The notes: generated from the letters alone by a model not told the origin. Counted from the stretch's first letter, positions 33,101-47,500 are shown. The stretch: 64,000 bases of DNA from Azolla caroliniana (GCA_043228905.1 JBHGNT010000001.1:25792001-25856000); one strand, 5' to 3'. Numbers and translations: made by a program.

Positions 33101-34702
33101 TATTAAAATAATAAAATTGAAGCGTAGGATCAATTACACACGAATAAATTAATGAACTTGAATACTCACTTAAAGATTTAGAAGACACAAGTGAATGAGA
33201 AGGAAGTTTGGAACAGTGAATAAAATGTTTACAATTACTAAGTTCAAATGTGATTGAGTGATTAACCCAATCAATGGAAAAAGAAGGGTTTTTATTAAAA
33301 AATCAAGGGTATCCTAAAATGACATCTGTGGATTGTAGTTTCATAACATGAAAGTCAAGCTTCTCCAAACAATGCCACTAATGTATTTGAATTGGCAGTT
33401 GACAAACAATGCCACTAATGTATTGAACACTTACATTTGCCATTTGGACTTGATAGATATGATCACTTGCGTTTATGTGGAGTTCCATTTGCTGCACAAA
33501 GTGATCATTAAGAAAATTGTGAGAACTACCGGAATCAAACAAGAAATGTGCTTGTGTTCCATTGATATACCCGGCTACTCAGAGTAAATCATTAGGTTCA
33601 AGTAAATGTGAAGGAAAAGTGCATTCACATGAACTTAAGTGGTTGGTATGAACTTCAACAACATCAAAAGACTCACCTGTGTGACTCATAGATTTGTCTT
33701 GAGGAGGGGTGTTCATTGACTTCCTCTCAAGACGACGACAGGTATCCTTTGTGTGGCTCCGCTTCTTGCATATGCACAGAAGAGGTTAGGTTTCTTGGAG
33801 TCGCGGTCAAGAGTGTCATTGGATTGCTTACGATTCCCAGTGAACTTGACATTCAGAGTTTTGGCGAACTTGGGTTTATTGTGGTATTTCTTGGAAGTCT
33901 TATGGTACCGAAGTACAATGTTGACGGTTTCCTCGAAAGTTGTGGGGTCCTTGTCATGGACAATCCAATGGTAATCCCCATTGCGAATACCATTCAAAAA
34001 GCAAGCAACAAACCATTTCTCACCCGTAAGTCCCGATTTTTGGATCTGGGTCCAAGCATGATGCACATAATCCTCGAGAGAGGTAAATGGCTTACTCGAC
34101 AACGTGAACAAGTGTTGCGCTTGTTCAGTTTGAGAAGGTGGCTGCAAAAACTGTTTCTTAAAAACATCAACAAAACCTTCCCAAGTTGTGGGTAAGTTCT
34201 TTGTAGTCCTTAGGCCGCGCCACCAAGTAGCAGCTCGACCACCTAACTCACGACCGACGTAACCAATTTTTACAGCATTGGGCTTGGGGTGGACCTCAAA
34301 GTGAGACTCCCAACGACCAAGCCAAGTGCTAATGGCCTCCTCGGTTCTTTCTTTCTTATCTCCCTTGATTGGCATTACTACGAAAGAAGGGTCACCTTCT
34401 TTCTTGGACGCAATAGTCAATTCTTGGAATTTCTTTTCCAATGCCATATTGGCCTACCTCATTTCGGCCAATTGATTCAAGGTAGTAGTGAGCAATTGCT
34501 CAATAGTGATCGCAACTTGTGTGTGAGATGCGGATTGGAGTTGAGAGGTCTCGGTCGGAGAGATTGCTCCAACAACGTTCAAAAGTTGTTCCATGATGCA
34601 AGTTGTGGGTATGAAATATAAATAAGGAGGTTCAAAAAATACACAAGCAAAATGAATGCTTGAAATTTTGATTGTAAGAACTTTACCAAGAAAGCATGTC
34701 AC
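30190..34702 (-). pseudogene. gag-pol: F gag-pol fragments including chromodomain
   Basis: ORFs 33713-34447 (gag), 32565-33188 and 32171-32491 (RT), 31638-32090 (RH), 30349-31374 (IN); chromodomain-like FKIKWMDKPIDDATWE near 30250-30300. Confidence 0.9.
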
Positions 34703-35597
34703 GTCTTTACCCCTCTAGACATATGAGATGTGATTCGAGATCCGATAACTATGGTAACACTATGGTGTTTTAAAAACCATGGGGGGAAACATAGCTAAGA
34801 TGTCTTTCTCGGATCTCTATCTTGAATAATCATGGCGGCTCCCCGAGGCTCAACCATGGTTCTAACATCAACGTAGTTTCCTAGTTAGCCTTATATTAGA
34901 ATGCCAACCTAACATGTATTGATATGGTCGAGAAAGTGTATTACGTGAAAAAACAAGTGCACTCGCGAGTAATATTCTAGTCTTGCGAGTAACAAGCAAA
35001 TGTTATGGCAAATACGATAAAATAAGGCACTACCCATAAGAATAAAGCAGTGACGAAAACAAGGGTCAAAAAACCCATGTGTTACCTACTAAAAAAAAAT
35101 GTCACAAATAAATGGATGGTGCGAGGTATGCACATATACATCCCAATATGGTGGTTGTAATTTGCGCAATTGTGACATAAGCCACAAATTGATACATGTG
35201 GCGGTGGTGTTGTGCGCAAAGATGTAGAACTCAAATCTATGAGTAAAACATCAATAGGGGAACTCATGTGGTTTTACTGGAGTTCTAAGGCTCAATAATA
35301 TGAGTTAAACCTAGATGAGCCGTTGGAAAAAATCGTTCAAAAAACGGCATGATGCCCACTCAATATTAAAAAATAGTCTACATGAATCGTTACACCATTA
35401 AACGTACGTAAATAGTGTAGATGAACTTAAAATAAGGGCAAGAAAGAGAGTTAATTGTGGGTGGGTAAATGACAATTACTAGAAAATCATACAAAAGTGA
35501 AACGAAAATTTGTGTAATTAGAAATTAATTAGAATAATAATCAATTAGGTGTATGAATCATTAAGCATGCCTTAAGGTATGAAACCCTAAGGTAGTC

Positions 35598-36032
35598 GAC
35601 ATTCACCTCCTCAAGACCACCATCTCCCTAGAATCGGCCAATTGATGGCTCAATAAAGAGTAAAGTGGCATAGGTAAGCGACATATACCTCGTTAAGGCC
35701 ACAACATCCCATAGAATTGGCCAAGTGATGGCTCAATAGAGAGTAGAGTGGCATAGGTAGGCGACATACACCTCGTCAAGACCACAACATCCCATAGAAT
35801 CAGCCAAGTGATGGCTCAATAAAGGGAAGAGTGGCATACTCAACATCATATGCAAAAGGGCCATGAGGTGAGTGTGTGCGATTAGGGCAAACACGCTCAA
35901 CCCGATGCACAAGAATAATTATTATCGTAAGAGATGGCTCAAGAGAGGGGAGAGTGGGAGATACATCGCAATATGCAAAAGGGCCATGAGTTGAGCGTGT
36001 GTGATTAGTGCAAACACGCTCGACCCGATGCA
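35598..36032. repeat. Compound tandem repeat in F leader (about 3 x 83 bp, then 2 x 123 bp)
   Basis: GATGGCTCAA at 35644, 35727, 35810 and 35933. Confidence 0.8.
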
Positions 36033-37690
36033 TAAGTACATTAACATCGTATGATGGTAGAAAGAAGAAAGAAAAGAAAAGAAAACATAATACCACTTCC
36101 ATATGACCAAGAAGAAAGCATCATAGAAAAGAAAAGAGAGATCGAGAAAGAAGAATATTGGGTTAAGAATGTTGTTTTGATCACGTGAAGAGCATGATGA
36201 GCCTTGTTAGATCCCCATCGCTCACACACAAAAAACATCAAAACAACAAAAAAATTGTTAGTAAATGCTCTGATACCACTGTTAAGAGCCTATTACTAAT
36301 CAATAGACCAAACTAAAGTAAAAGAAGGAAAATAGAATGGATAGAAGAACCCGTTCCACCCGACCACCCCCGAGCTATGATCTAGACATAACCAACCTAC
36401 CACCGACGTCCCATACCGCCGGATATTAGGATGACTAATACCTTGGAAGAGATAAACATGATCGTCAAGACGAAAGCCTAGCTTGCACCACCAGTGTCTA
36501 AGACAACAACCTTCCGACGTAATGTAATTATGAGGGTAGCTAAGCCTCATATTTATACCTTTTCCTAGGCCCCTTGAATAGATGTGCCTTTCTAAAAGGC
36601 TCTCCATTCATTGGTTGTCCAAATCATGATAGTGCATGCACCTATCATTCCTTCTATCCAATCATTAGTCCCCTTTTTAACATTAGTGAACGTACCCTTC
36701 CCTAATGTAAATATTGGTAACCTACCCTCACCAACGTTATATGTATATAACATCGAGGTAATTCGGACTCTAGCCGGGATTATGATCTCCCAACGACACT
36801 ACATTCTCAACTTGTTATACAAGTTTGGGATGACTGAGTGCAAGTTTGTGGCAACACCTCTCGACCGAAACCTCAAACTAGATGCCAATTCTGGCACCAC
36901 AGAGTGTGAGCCGACTCAATATCGACAACTGATCGATAGTCTTATCTACCTCATGATCACTCGACCAAACCTGAGCTATCCGGTTGGCCTTCTTAGCCAG
37001 TTCATGCAAACGCCACGAGATATTCATTTGGATTGTGCAAAGAGAGTGCTATGATACGTGAGTGGAATGATGGACTATAGCATTCTCTATAAGTCGGCCA
37101 CGCCAATTCAACTCGAGGGGTACACAGATGCCGACTAGGCAGGCTACAAAGCCGACTGACGATCAACCTTTGGTTTCATCTTCTCCCTCGGAAGTGGAGC
37201 CATCTCCTGGAGTAGCAAGAAGCAACCAACAGTCGCTCTTTCAAGCACAAAGGCCGAATGCAGGGGCGCAATGGTGGCAACATGTGAAGCCATATGGCTC
37301 GAGAGGATATTAAAGGATATGGGCATTCCCATCAAAGATCTTATTCTCCTTTACTACGACAACATGAGCAATATTTATCTGGCTCGAAACCCGGTGTTCC
37401 ACGCACGCACGAAGCATATCGAAGTGCACTATCACTTCATTCGAGAGTGTGTTCAAGCTGGTGATGTCGACCTTCAACATATCACTACGAATCTTCAGAC
37501 AGCCAACATCTTCACCAAAGCCCTAGGAACCGACAAGCTTCGGCAATTCCTGTTAGACCTTGGATTGATGGTCCTTGACTTGCCAATCTTAAGGGGGAGT
37601 ACAAGCGAAATCTGGATACTGTCTGAACCGGATACGAGCCGAAGCGGACATCAACCGAAGTAGTTGACCAAAGTTGAGCTTGAGGGGGCG

Positions 37691-38098
37691 TGTTGAGAAT
37701 CAAGCTCAACCTAGTCTAGTGTGTGAACACACCCTTGAGAGTGTGCACTCAAAGGTCAAAAGTCACCACTCTTATCTACACATTAACTATGTGTCATAGA
37801 ATCATATTCTATGACACATAACTAATGAGTTTTCACATTCCCCATGACCCATGAGCTTCGGTAGTTAATGAAGAGAGAGAGTGACTATATAAAGCACTCT
37901 CCTCCTACTTTGTAATTAGGTCGATTAATCTCCTTTGTAATATACATCTTCTTGAGTATTCTATTGTCTCTCTAATCTATCTTGTGTTTCTCTCTCACTC
38001 ACTCACACACGCACTCTCTCTCATACACACACACACACACTCACAACACATATCTCTAGTCTATTCCGCTGCACAAGAATCACCATCAATTCTTTACA
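37691..38098 (+). repeat. 3' LTR of B
   Basis: TG start after PPT; TATATAAAG near 37887; (CT)/(CA) U5; TTACA end. No partner LTR, so the end is inferred. Confidence 0.7.
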
Positions 38099-38970
38099 GA
38101 AATCCTATAGGGTCATTTTTTGGCTTTTGACATTGCCCATCAATAAAAGTAGTTCCCATAAATTACAATAGGATCATGTTTATTGTGTATGTCAAGATTG
38201 TAGATGAGAACAATATTGAATAAAAGAAGAAAGTATATGATTATGACAATATACATTTGGCCCATGCATTATAGATTGGAGATATTGAGCGTTGTAAGGT
38301 TATTAAAACAAAAAAGATGACATTAGTTTTGGTAATAGGGTTATGCATATATTGTTATAAGTGTAACCTTAAGGACCCATTCTAAAACTAATTTGAACGA
38401 TTTAGGGGGAGGATAGTTCGGAAGTAGTCGCACTAGGATTTGGAACAAACCTATAATGACCTATGACACATGAGAATGCACGTTGATTTCGAAGCCTACG
38501 ATGTTAGGCTATATAAAGGGGACTAGCTAAACCCCTTCATTATGTCATCTTGAGATGTTGTAGAAACTTTGTGGGTGACACAAAGCTCGTTTTGTTTTGC
38601 TTCACGATTTATATGGAGTTTCCTTATAGAAGGAGCAATTGGTTCATATGAATTTGAAAAGGGAAGAGTAAAAAAGAAGAAGCACATAGGAAAGCATGTG
38701 CATGCATTTTAGATGGGAAGAAACAATGAAAAGTGGATCGATTGCACGCGATTAGACGGTTCTTGTATCGAGAGGAGTATGCAAACAGGAAAGTGGGTCG
38801 AGGTCGCCCAAGTCGTCACATCATGATGAGACTTGACCCAGAAAGATAAACCTCACGAAAAGAGAGGAAGAGAAAAGGCATGAATGAAGGTTCTGGCGGT
38901 GGGTAACAATGGCAGCACGAAGCGCGCATGTGTAAGTAAGTAATAGGGTTTAGGGGTGTAACCCTAATAC

Positions 38971-39013
38971 GTATGTACGTATGTATGTATGTATGTATGT
39001 ATGTATGTATGTA
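38971..39013. repeat. (GTAT)n microsatellite
   Basis: Read directly. Confidence 0.9.
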
Positions 39014-39422
39014 CATACACAGAAGATGAGGTGAGGATATAAGGAATGGAGAGAGTTGAGTATGTAGTACGTTCTCCATGTCCATGTTGGTTGGTTGTCC
39101 AGAATGAGTCTCTTAAAAAAAGATTTACATCGCCTTTTTTTGGTCCCAAGCAAGATTCGAACTCTCGCCGTTACATTACCTTTAAAAAAAAAAACTCTTC
39201 TTCTTCTTCTTCTTCTTACGTTTTGGCCACCGAAAAAAGTAAACCTCACCATATCTATCTATCTAACTATCTAACTATATATATATATATAAAAACAGCC
39301 ACCCACACAGAGTCTCTGTCTCTTGTTTCTTGTCTCTGTCACCCTCACCATAATACTCTGCACACGCGCCCGCTCGCAGTTTGAAAACAGAAAACAGAGA
39401 ACAGTGACTGAGCTCTCCGGCT

Positions 39423-40732
39423 ATGGCGGCCTCCTCCTCCTCCTCCTCCTCCTCTGCTCTTGCTCTTGCTCTTGCTCTTGCTCTGCTGGCTTTCCTCTTC
39501 ATCTCCTCCTCTTCTTCATTGCTCTGTGCTGCCTCCACTACTCACGTCGTGGGCGAGTCCTCTGGCTGGACCGTACCCGACCGCACCTCTGATTACTCTC
39601 GATGGGCCTCTTCTCGAACCTTCTACGTTGGCGACGTCCTCGGTGAGAACAGAAAAGAACTAGAAAACCAAACAAATCCTCTTGTCACTTCACATTGTTG
39701 TTGTTTTTTAAACTGCTCCTTTCGTATCTCTGATTCCGTTACAAATGTACGCCTCTATGGTACACGTTACTTCTGCGTAGTGTCTTTTCTCTTCTTCTTC
39801 TAAATCCGTTACGCATACTATGAACAGATTCGGTTTTTGTATAGGGTTTTAGAGATTCTGGTTTCTGATTTCTGGTTGCGCCATTATTGCCTTGCATACC
39901 GACGAACTGAATGCGGTTCTCTCCATATCTCAGCCCACTCCCCCTCCTCAAATCGTAGTGGTTCTGGGCTATGGAGATAAATCTCAAGCAAATCATTGCT
40001 AGCTAACTAGCAGAATCAATCGAAACTCACATTTTTAAGTTATACAATTTCCGCCCCCCCCCCTATTCTTTCTGTTATCGATCTTAACTGATCGGAAAAA
40101 CAGATATAGGCTATGGAGATAAATGCATTACCAGAATCATTGCCTGTAATAGAAACGTGAAGCGAACCATGACATATGCTTCAACAGAAACCCTAAAACA
40201 CGTATTTTTCTTTCTTTTCAAGCTCAACTTACATATTCCATTGCGCATATATATGTCTTTTAAATTTTAGAAGCTCTCTTTTATGCGACTTATCTTCGTG
40301 CTTGATCTTTTGGCAGAGTTCAGGTATGATAGTGCGGAGCACACAGTGCTAAAGGTGACGAGATCGAGCTACAGTAACTGCAATATCACAGCTCCAATGG
40401 CGACCTTTGCAGATGGGATGTCTAGGATCACCCTCTCCACCAGAGGCTCTTACTACTTCATCTGCGGTGTCCCGGGGCACTGCGATGCAGGCCAGAAGCT
40501 TCAGCTCAACGCAGTTCAGCGACATCATCAAGCTCAGTCCCTCGCATCTCTACCTCCTCCCTCGCCATCGCCATCTCCTTCCCTCTCTTCGTTATCTCCA
40601 CCTCCCATCTCTGCAGGTGGACCTACCATGTCTTCGTCTTCATCATGTTCATCTTCTGCTCCATCTCCCTTTCTCCAGATTCTCGTTTCCTCCCTCTGTG
40701 CCATTTTTCTTGCTCGCTTTTGCTCTATTTAA
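39423..40732 (+). CDS. Phytocyanin, stellacyanin type (blue copper protein), predicted GPI-anchored; join(39423..39642,40317..40732), 211 aa
   Basis: Signal peptide; HVVGESSGW..WASSRTFYVGDVL-EFRY..HTV..YFICGVPGHCDAGQKL with ligands His, Cys, His and axial Gln; phase-1 GT-AG intron; Ser/Pro linker and hydrophobic tail; TATA tract about 39276-39295. Confidence 0.95.
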
Positions 40733-43700
40733 GCTCCGCTTTCTGTTCCAGTCTTTGGTGTCCCTCTCACTGTTATCTCTGTTGTCGCCATCGCCATCGC
40801 CATCGCCATTGTCATTGATTGCCACCTTCATGGAACATTATGTCTCAGTCTCTTTTTTGTTCCTATTGAGCTTCGTCACCATTATTGGTCTTTTTCTTCA
40901 GCCTGGGGGTGTCTTTTAGGAGTCCTATCTTCCTGTCGTCTGTGTTCCCCATTGAAGTTCTGCCACAAGAAAGCTTCTTCTCCACTGAGAGTCTTCTGTT
41001 ATAGGTCTTTGATTTTCTATTCTTCATCTTTCAATCCTGCATAGATTTTAGTTCTCCATTTTGGACCTACTTTGCAACTTCATATGTTGGGTTGCAATTG
41101 TATTGTCCCCATGGGCATTCATTCCACCATGGAAATGCAGAGGATAAACATGTTTTTCTTAGTTTTTTTGGCAATGGAGACCTTCAGTTTTTTGGTTTTG
41201 TTCTTTCAAAAATCAATTCATGGTAATGGAAGGTATTAAAGACTCCAATGGTGAATCGTGATGATGAACTCTTGTGTCTGCATATAGCATCGATTTATGT
41301 ACCTGAAAAGATCAGAATAATGAGATGCACATATCAGAACAAGGAAATGGGCATGTTGTTTAATTACACCGGCCAAAAATGTCAAATGGGAATTGGTAAC
41401 GAGGCCTAATGATCAAAATATGATTGATTGCATGTGGCTATGATGGGGTATGTCTGAACTTAGGGTTTTGCATTATAAAGAAAATATTTTCCATTGAAAT
41501 GGAATTGTTGAGTATGGTGTTTATAAGATTGGAAGCTTTCTCTATTACACGAATCAAATGTAAAATCCTAAGGAAAAAGAATGTCAAGCAATTGGTAAGG
41601 ATTTTGATGCATGTGATGGAAAATTTTAAGTGGCCATTCCAACAGTAGTCATGTCTTAAAACTGTTTGCTCTAGGCAATGCTGGATTCCGAACCATCCGA
41701 GTGTGAGATTATTTATGTGTGTGACTTGTTTTTACTGTCCAGTGCCCCTAATATATGTATGACCTTGCCTTGGTATGCTACAATAACGATCTAATTCATC
41801 AAGAGTGTGCAACCTTTGAACTACCTAGGCTTTGCCACCAAGACCTTGTTAGAAGTAGGAGACTTGTTCTTGCAACATTAACATACAATAGGTTAAACAT
41901 CTTCCAGACCAAAAATACTTTGGAAACATATCCATTAGAGAGAACCTTCCATTAGGAGAAGGAAATGATATCCACTTCATATGATCAACATCATGGGAAG
42001 CTCAAAGATCCCTTAAAAGGTTGAATGCATGTAGAGAGGTAGTAGAGGTAGATTTTTATTGGTGCCCTAGGAGGCCAAATATGAACTATGAGATTTATAT
42101 TATGTGGAAGTTAGTAGTAAATCTCTTTACATTCACGAGTTATAGAAATGAACATTGTAATTGAGAGTGCACATTGTGATTGAAAGAGAAATGTGTATAT
42201 ATTGGCCCATATTGTGGAGAGCAAACTCCAAAGTAAAGAAATGTATGAAAGTATAACACTCAAACTTGTTGAAGGGAAAATATGTTGTGGTGACTCAAGG
42301 CATTCACTTTGAGCACATGACTTCATGTAAGGGGAGTTGTATCTTCATGTTGATATTGTTGGTTGATTACCATATACCCAATTCATGGTGAATCAAGCAA
42401 GAGTGGTTGTCAAGTATTCTTGAACCTCTAGCTTCATTAATCCGAATCACATGAACTCTCACTTACCTCTCTTTGCAATGCTAACCTCGCTAAGAAGCTC
42501 ATTATTACCCTAATTGGCTTTAGAATTAGAAACGGATGATAATGAACACTTAGATCATGTAATTAATAACCACACTTCAAAGAGTAAAATGATGCACCAT
42601 ACAAATAATTTGGAGGAATGATTAAGGTTTCTCAAAGCAGCACTTAACTCTAATAATTCAACTTACAACAAATGTGTGTGTGTGTGTTTGTGTTTTCAAA
42701 CTCACAACCACGTATATATGTTGTTCAATGTTTCGTTTGGAATGAGAATGTAACACATGGGAGGACAATGTTTAAGGCTTCATGGTGGCAATTGCTGAAG
42801 TGATGTAGTTTTTTTATCACACTTATTGATATAAATGTTTGCTTTCACACACACATAGAGTAGAGTTTGGATTAAAAAAGGGGGGCTTAGAGTAGAAGTT
42901 CAAGAAGAATGGCTAAAAGTCTCAAAAGTGACTTTTATAGTTGTTTTACAAAGAGATTGTCCCCTTATGTTGCATGGATAGAGGTGACCATTCGGTGTAA
43001 AGATCCAAACCAAACTTTGTTTTATCCCCCCTTTTACTTATCCTTGCACTTAGTTAAGTGCTCGCACCAATGTTGACGTCTTCATGGTTTTGCTACATAT
43101 GACACATACTTAACATATGCATTGTTGAATATTCTCCTTATTCGTGCCCCAAACACCCCATCTCAGATAAAAGAGAATATCAACTAACTTGCATGGAACC
43201 TATCTCTGTTCAAAGAAGATGACGACTTTTGTAGTTTGGTGCAACATCTGCAATAGAGTGTGTGAATATGTGATACATTGGCATTGCTAAAAAACTACAA
43301 AAACTCCCTCCTCGAGGAATGTATTAATGCACTAGAAGCAAACACACATGCCACCCGTCTTCCCAAACCATTTATTCATATGCTACCTACCATCTATATA
43401 AGGACCCAAATATATTGCTTTATTTATTTATTTATATGTCATGTTGAGTCATTTCCAATCGCTTCCCCATACAAATTGAGGAAGGCGATGACATAAGTTT
43501 TTTTTTTCCCAAAAAAACATTACTTCACATTTGTTAGCAACTAGAATACAACAGAGTTTACCCGAATCCACAATGGGATCAACATATACAATGTGGAGGA
43601 ACAACTCCAAAACTATCAAACAAAAACAACAAAAACTCACTTGACCCTTAATTCCAACAAAACTTAAATAAACCCCATTTTACCCCGATTGTAAATCTTC

Positions 43701-44593
43701 CAATTAACTCTTTTCTTTTTCTTGCAACATTATCTGGGTAACATGACTATACTAACCCCCTTTTGCTTCAACTATACATACATAATTACAACCCATGTAC
43801 AATATTGGGAGCCATCGGTGGAAACAACCACCTAGGCGCACGGTAATTCCACTTAGGCCTCGACGAAGATTTGACCATCATGGGAGAACCACTCCATTTC
43901 AGCAAGAACTTTGACCTTGCCCTTTCTGCTTCTTCCGATTCCACTTGAATCAAATCATACCGTCTGCGCAACCAAGCCACAAGCTCAAACAAGATATTTA
44001 ACATCACCTCCCTGCATGAGAGCTTTCGTTGTTGAAAAACAAACTTACAGTGCATGATCCAGATGTGCTAGATCATTAACCACACAACCATAAGCCAAAT
44101 CTCCTCAAAAGATTTAGAATTTGTGCTTGGTCTCACCCCATCACATTGGAACACGCTACCACCCTGCACTATAAATCCATGTCCTTGTGGGTTTTAACTG
44201 TTCACCCTAGCTTTCCCCTTTTAGAGACAATCCTTGTATGGAGCCAAAAGCATACACATGGTAAAACCTCGAGGGATGGGACAACGCGATATGGGCGGGG
44301 TCTTGTGTCTTTGTCGAGTTACCAGGAAGTTGACCAATGGAGATTGTTCCTTTCGGGTGGGGTGAATGAATGAATGAATGGGTGGGATTCTCTCACATTT
44401 ACATGGCGATGGGATTGACAATTGAGAGTGTGTTTTTTCTTGTAGGCGTCATTTGTTTGTATTTCTTCTGAGTATATATATGTATACATACATATGTATA
44501 TATGTAGTATGAAGGAAGATCTTCCGCACAGACAGTGTAGTGTGTCCAAATCGATCCATCGATGCACGGAGCGTTTTGAAGTGTCCTGCACGC

Positions 44594-47500
44594 ATGGCCA
44601 AGACTCCTCACTCTCCTCGCCGTTTCCTGCTCCTCCTGCTCTACATTCTCAGCTTGCACGCCATCTCCATCTTCTTCTTCACCAGAGGTTTCCTGCTCAC
44701 CCGCAATGAGCTCCCCCTCTACAGCCGGTGTGGCGACATCTACGCGACCCAAGCCACCGTGGACCGTAGTTCGGATCAATGCGATAGAGTTGCCGTTGAA
44801 GAAAGTTCTTGTAATTGCTCCAGTGTTTTGTCAGATTTAGAAACAGGGAATTGCTGGACACGCCCGTTAGTGAACAAAGTTGTAATCTTAGTGCTTGATG
44901 CCCTCAGGTATGCTTACCCCGCACACACTTTAGCACACTATTGTGCAGTTCGACGAATTGCAGATGTGAGCTTGTGAAGAACACAATCATTCAGTTTTTT
45001 TTTTTTTTTTTTTTTCCAAAATGAAGCTACATTCCCATTAGTTAGGAAGGATTATTACAAAGAGACTATACAAGGAGTCTTATACACGAAACGGGGAATC
45101 TCCCTCCGATCAAGTTCAAGAAAATGAGACTACTTACATAGCCACAATTATTCAGGTTTGTATATACATATGCATACATGTATGTAAGTAGGTGTGTATG
45201 TATACACGTGCATATATATTCCAAAGAAAAGGTTTCAAGACTGGAATTTATCTCATCAAAACAACTGGCAGAAAATGGAAATAATGCTGAAAATGGTTCC
45301 AACCACATGGCATAAATATGAATGCACTATCCCCATTCCAATATACTTGGACTGTCCACACTTAAACATGATCAGAGTGGAAAATAATAGAGTGATCTGA
45401 ATTGATATCATTAAATTGGATAATGAAGAAGATGGGTCAACCCCATAATGTCTTTTGGTATCAAGATCAGAGAGGAAAATAATAGAGTGATCTGAATTGA
45501 TATCATTAAATTGGATAATGAAGAAGATGGGTCAACCCCATAATGTCTTTTGGTATCAAGATGGCCTATTATAAGGTACTAATTCTACACCTGTCACATG
45601 ATGGATTTATCATCTGGCCACCTTATATGGATACATCTAGCTCATGCACTCCTTAGTCTGATAGTGTAACTCAAGTCCTCTTCACATCAGTCAGAGATTA
45701 AGATAGGTAGATATATTCACAAATCTATGGAAGAACTAATATGCACGTGTGTCATCAGGGGTGAAATGAGAAGAACACTATATTTCCCATTATGCCAATT
45801 TTTATGAAATAAAAGGGTGATATCATGGTTTGTTCAAACAAGGCTTTGACCCATTGCATAGGCTAATATAACATCAAGAGCAATGGTGATTAGAACTATT
45901 CTTGCAAATAATCCAAGAGACATTGAGAGAACTTGTTGAAGGACAACAATATAAACACTATAGCTAGATAAAAAGAATCGACACAACTTTCTTTAGCTCC
46001 ACCACTCATGCCACAAGTCAATCAAAGGTTATACAAGTATGGTCTTGACTAAGACACTCGCAAGGGACTACAGTGGATCGGGCAATAAAAGCTTGTCACC
46101 AATAGGACCCAACCATTTAAAGCACAACCTATGCCCCAGCCATTCACTCGGCAATGAAGGTGCTTCCCTCACCTTGGATACCTCTCTATCTTGGTTCGGC
46201 CCATGGTAGAAGTTTCAGCCTATCTAACTTCGTAATTTTAAATGCTTAGATAACATGACTCTTTGGTACCTTACGTCTAGTTATATTCATTTATTTTGGT
46301 TTGTTGTTCTCAAAGACAAGACAACATTTTAAGATGTAATCTAGGTCATGTTAATATATCTGTTCTTTTTCCGTTCTTTCTTCTGTTGGAAATTTTCACA
46401 TAATCAAAAGATCTGTGAGATATATTACCTGTTTTGTCTATCGTAACTTTTTAATGTGCTGATTGTTATTATTTTGCTATTGTAGCATAATAATAACAAT
46501 TTTCCCTTTTTGACCTTTTCGGTTCACCTTTCAGGTTTGATTTTGCTGCTCCCAGCAAATTATTTACTTATAGTAAGTATAATTCTAGTGCCCTATCTCC
46601 ATTCAGGGAAAATATGCTTGGGACGAAATTCATTTAGCTCGTTTTCTAGAGCCCCAACCATGGATGGATAAGCTGCAAGTACTCCAACGACTTGCGTTCG
46701 AAGAGAGGTCAGCTGTATTGTTCAAATTTATTGCTGATCCCCCAACAACAAGCTTACAACGTTTGAAGGTTAGATTGTTGAGTTCTATTTCATAATAATT
46801 AGATAATGAAGTGAATAAAGTAGATCAGCAAGTTAATAGAAACATAGATTAGAATGCATCCCACACATGCATAAATGGAGCCATACAGAATGGTTTCTAT
46901 GTTTTCCTTTCCCTGGAAAACATTTTAATTTTAAGAAAGATATATCTATCATAGTGTATATAAAAATACAGTCTCACACTCACGAGAATCTTTGTAAGAG
47001 GAGTATATGATGGATGGAAACTGCGGAAGTGGCATTGGTACCAATAATCTCTGGCATGAGTCAGGACAAGACATTGATGTCACAAGCTTTGGCACATTCA
47101 TATTTTGGAGTTACATATATTGTAGTAGGGCCTCACACAATCTTATCTCATTGATGGCTTATCAATCGTATTTTATTTTAAGTCTCGATAGAGGACTCCA
47201 AGATGCTCAACCCTTAGGTGTTGTGGCCTTGCTTGTACAGTTGGGATTCACTGTCATATTTACTCAGGGGTCTTTGGCAGAATAATTGTTTGATTCATAT
47301 CCCAAGCATCTATGCCTTACAATGGAAGTAAAGGTATAATGAGGAATGGGGAGAATGAGGTGGGTTGTATAATATTCTTATACATCAGAGAAAAATGAAA
47401 GGATAAGAACTTGGGAAAGGGATATAAAATGATCAAATTTGGTGTATGAAATTAACAATGGACTGATGAGTAATAAGTATAAAGTATTGGTAAGGGAGGC

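Larger units (their letters stand above)
29706..36752 (-). mobile_element. Element F: tRNA-iMet-primed chromovirus Gypsy inserted in B RT, decayed
   Basis: TSD TCGAG (29701-29705, 36753-36757); LTRs 29706-30176 and 36280-36752 (about 23 substitutions by eye); PBS 36267-36278; PPT 30177-30190. Confidence 0.95.
8797..38098 (+). mobile_element. Element B: old Ty1/Copia, 5'-truncated, in three pieces (8797-10231, 28006-29705, 36753-38098)
   Basis: Removing C and F with one TSD copy each rejoins WIFPMR-MKSEVFTHF (integrase) and YFLGIE-VIRT (RT); many stops; PPT 37682-37690; 3' LTR 37691-38098. Confidence 0.9.

Noticed and set aside
35598-36032. CRISPR-like repeat-spacer array
   Set aside because: Whole units repeat with no unique spacers, no cas genes, eukaryotic TE context.
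38944-38967. Interstitial telomere repeat
   Set aside because: Only one or two degenerate TTTAGGG units.
39141-39170. tRNA 3'-end-like fragment (minus strand GAGAGTTCGAATCTTGCTTGGGACCA) upstream of the phytocyanin
   Set aside because: Only a B box; no A box or cloverleaf; could be chance.
41400-44400. Short ORFs between the two genes
   Set aside because: No recognisable motifs or consistent splice structure; possibly decayed TE, not assignable by eye.
45456-45466. PBS-like TGGTATCAAGA
   Set aside because: No adjacent LTR end or gag; lies within a local duplication.
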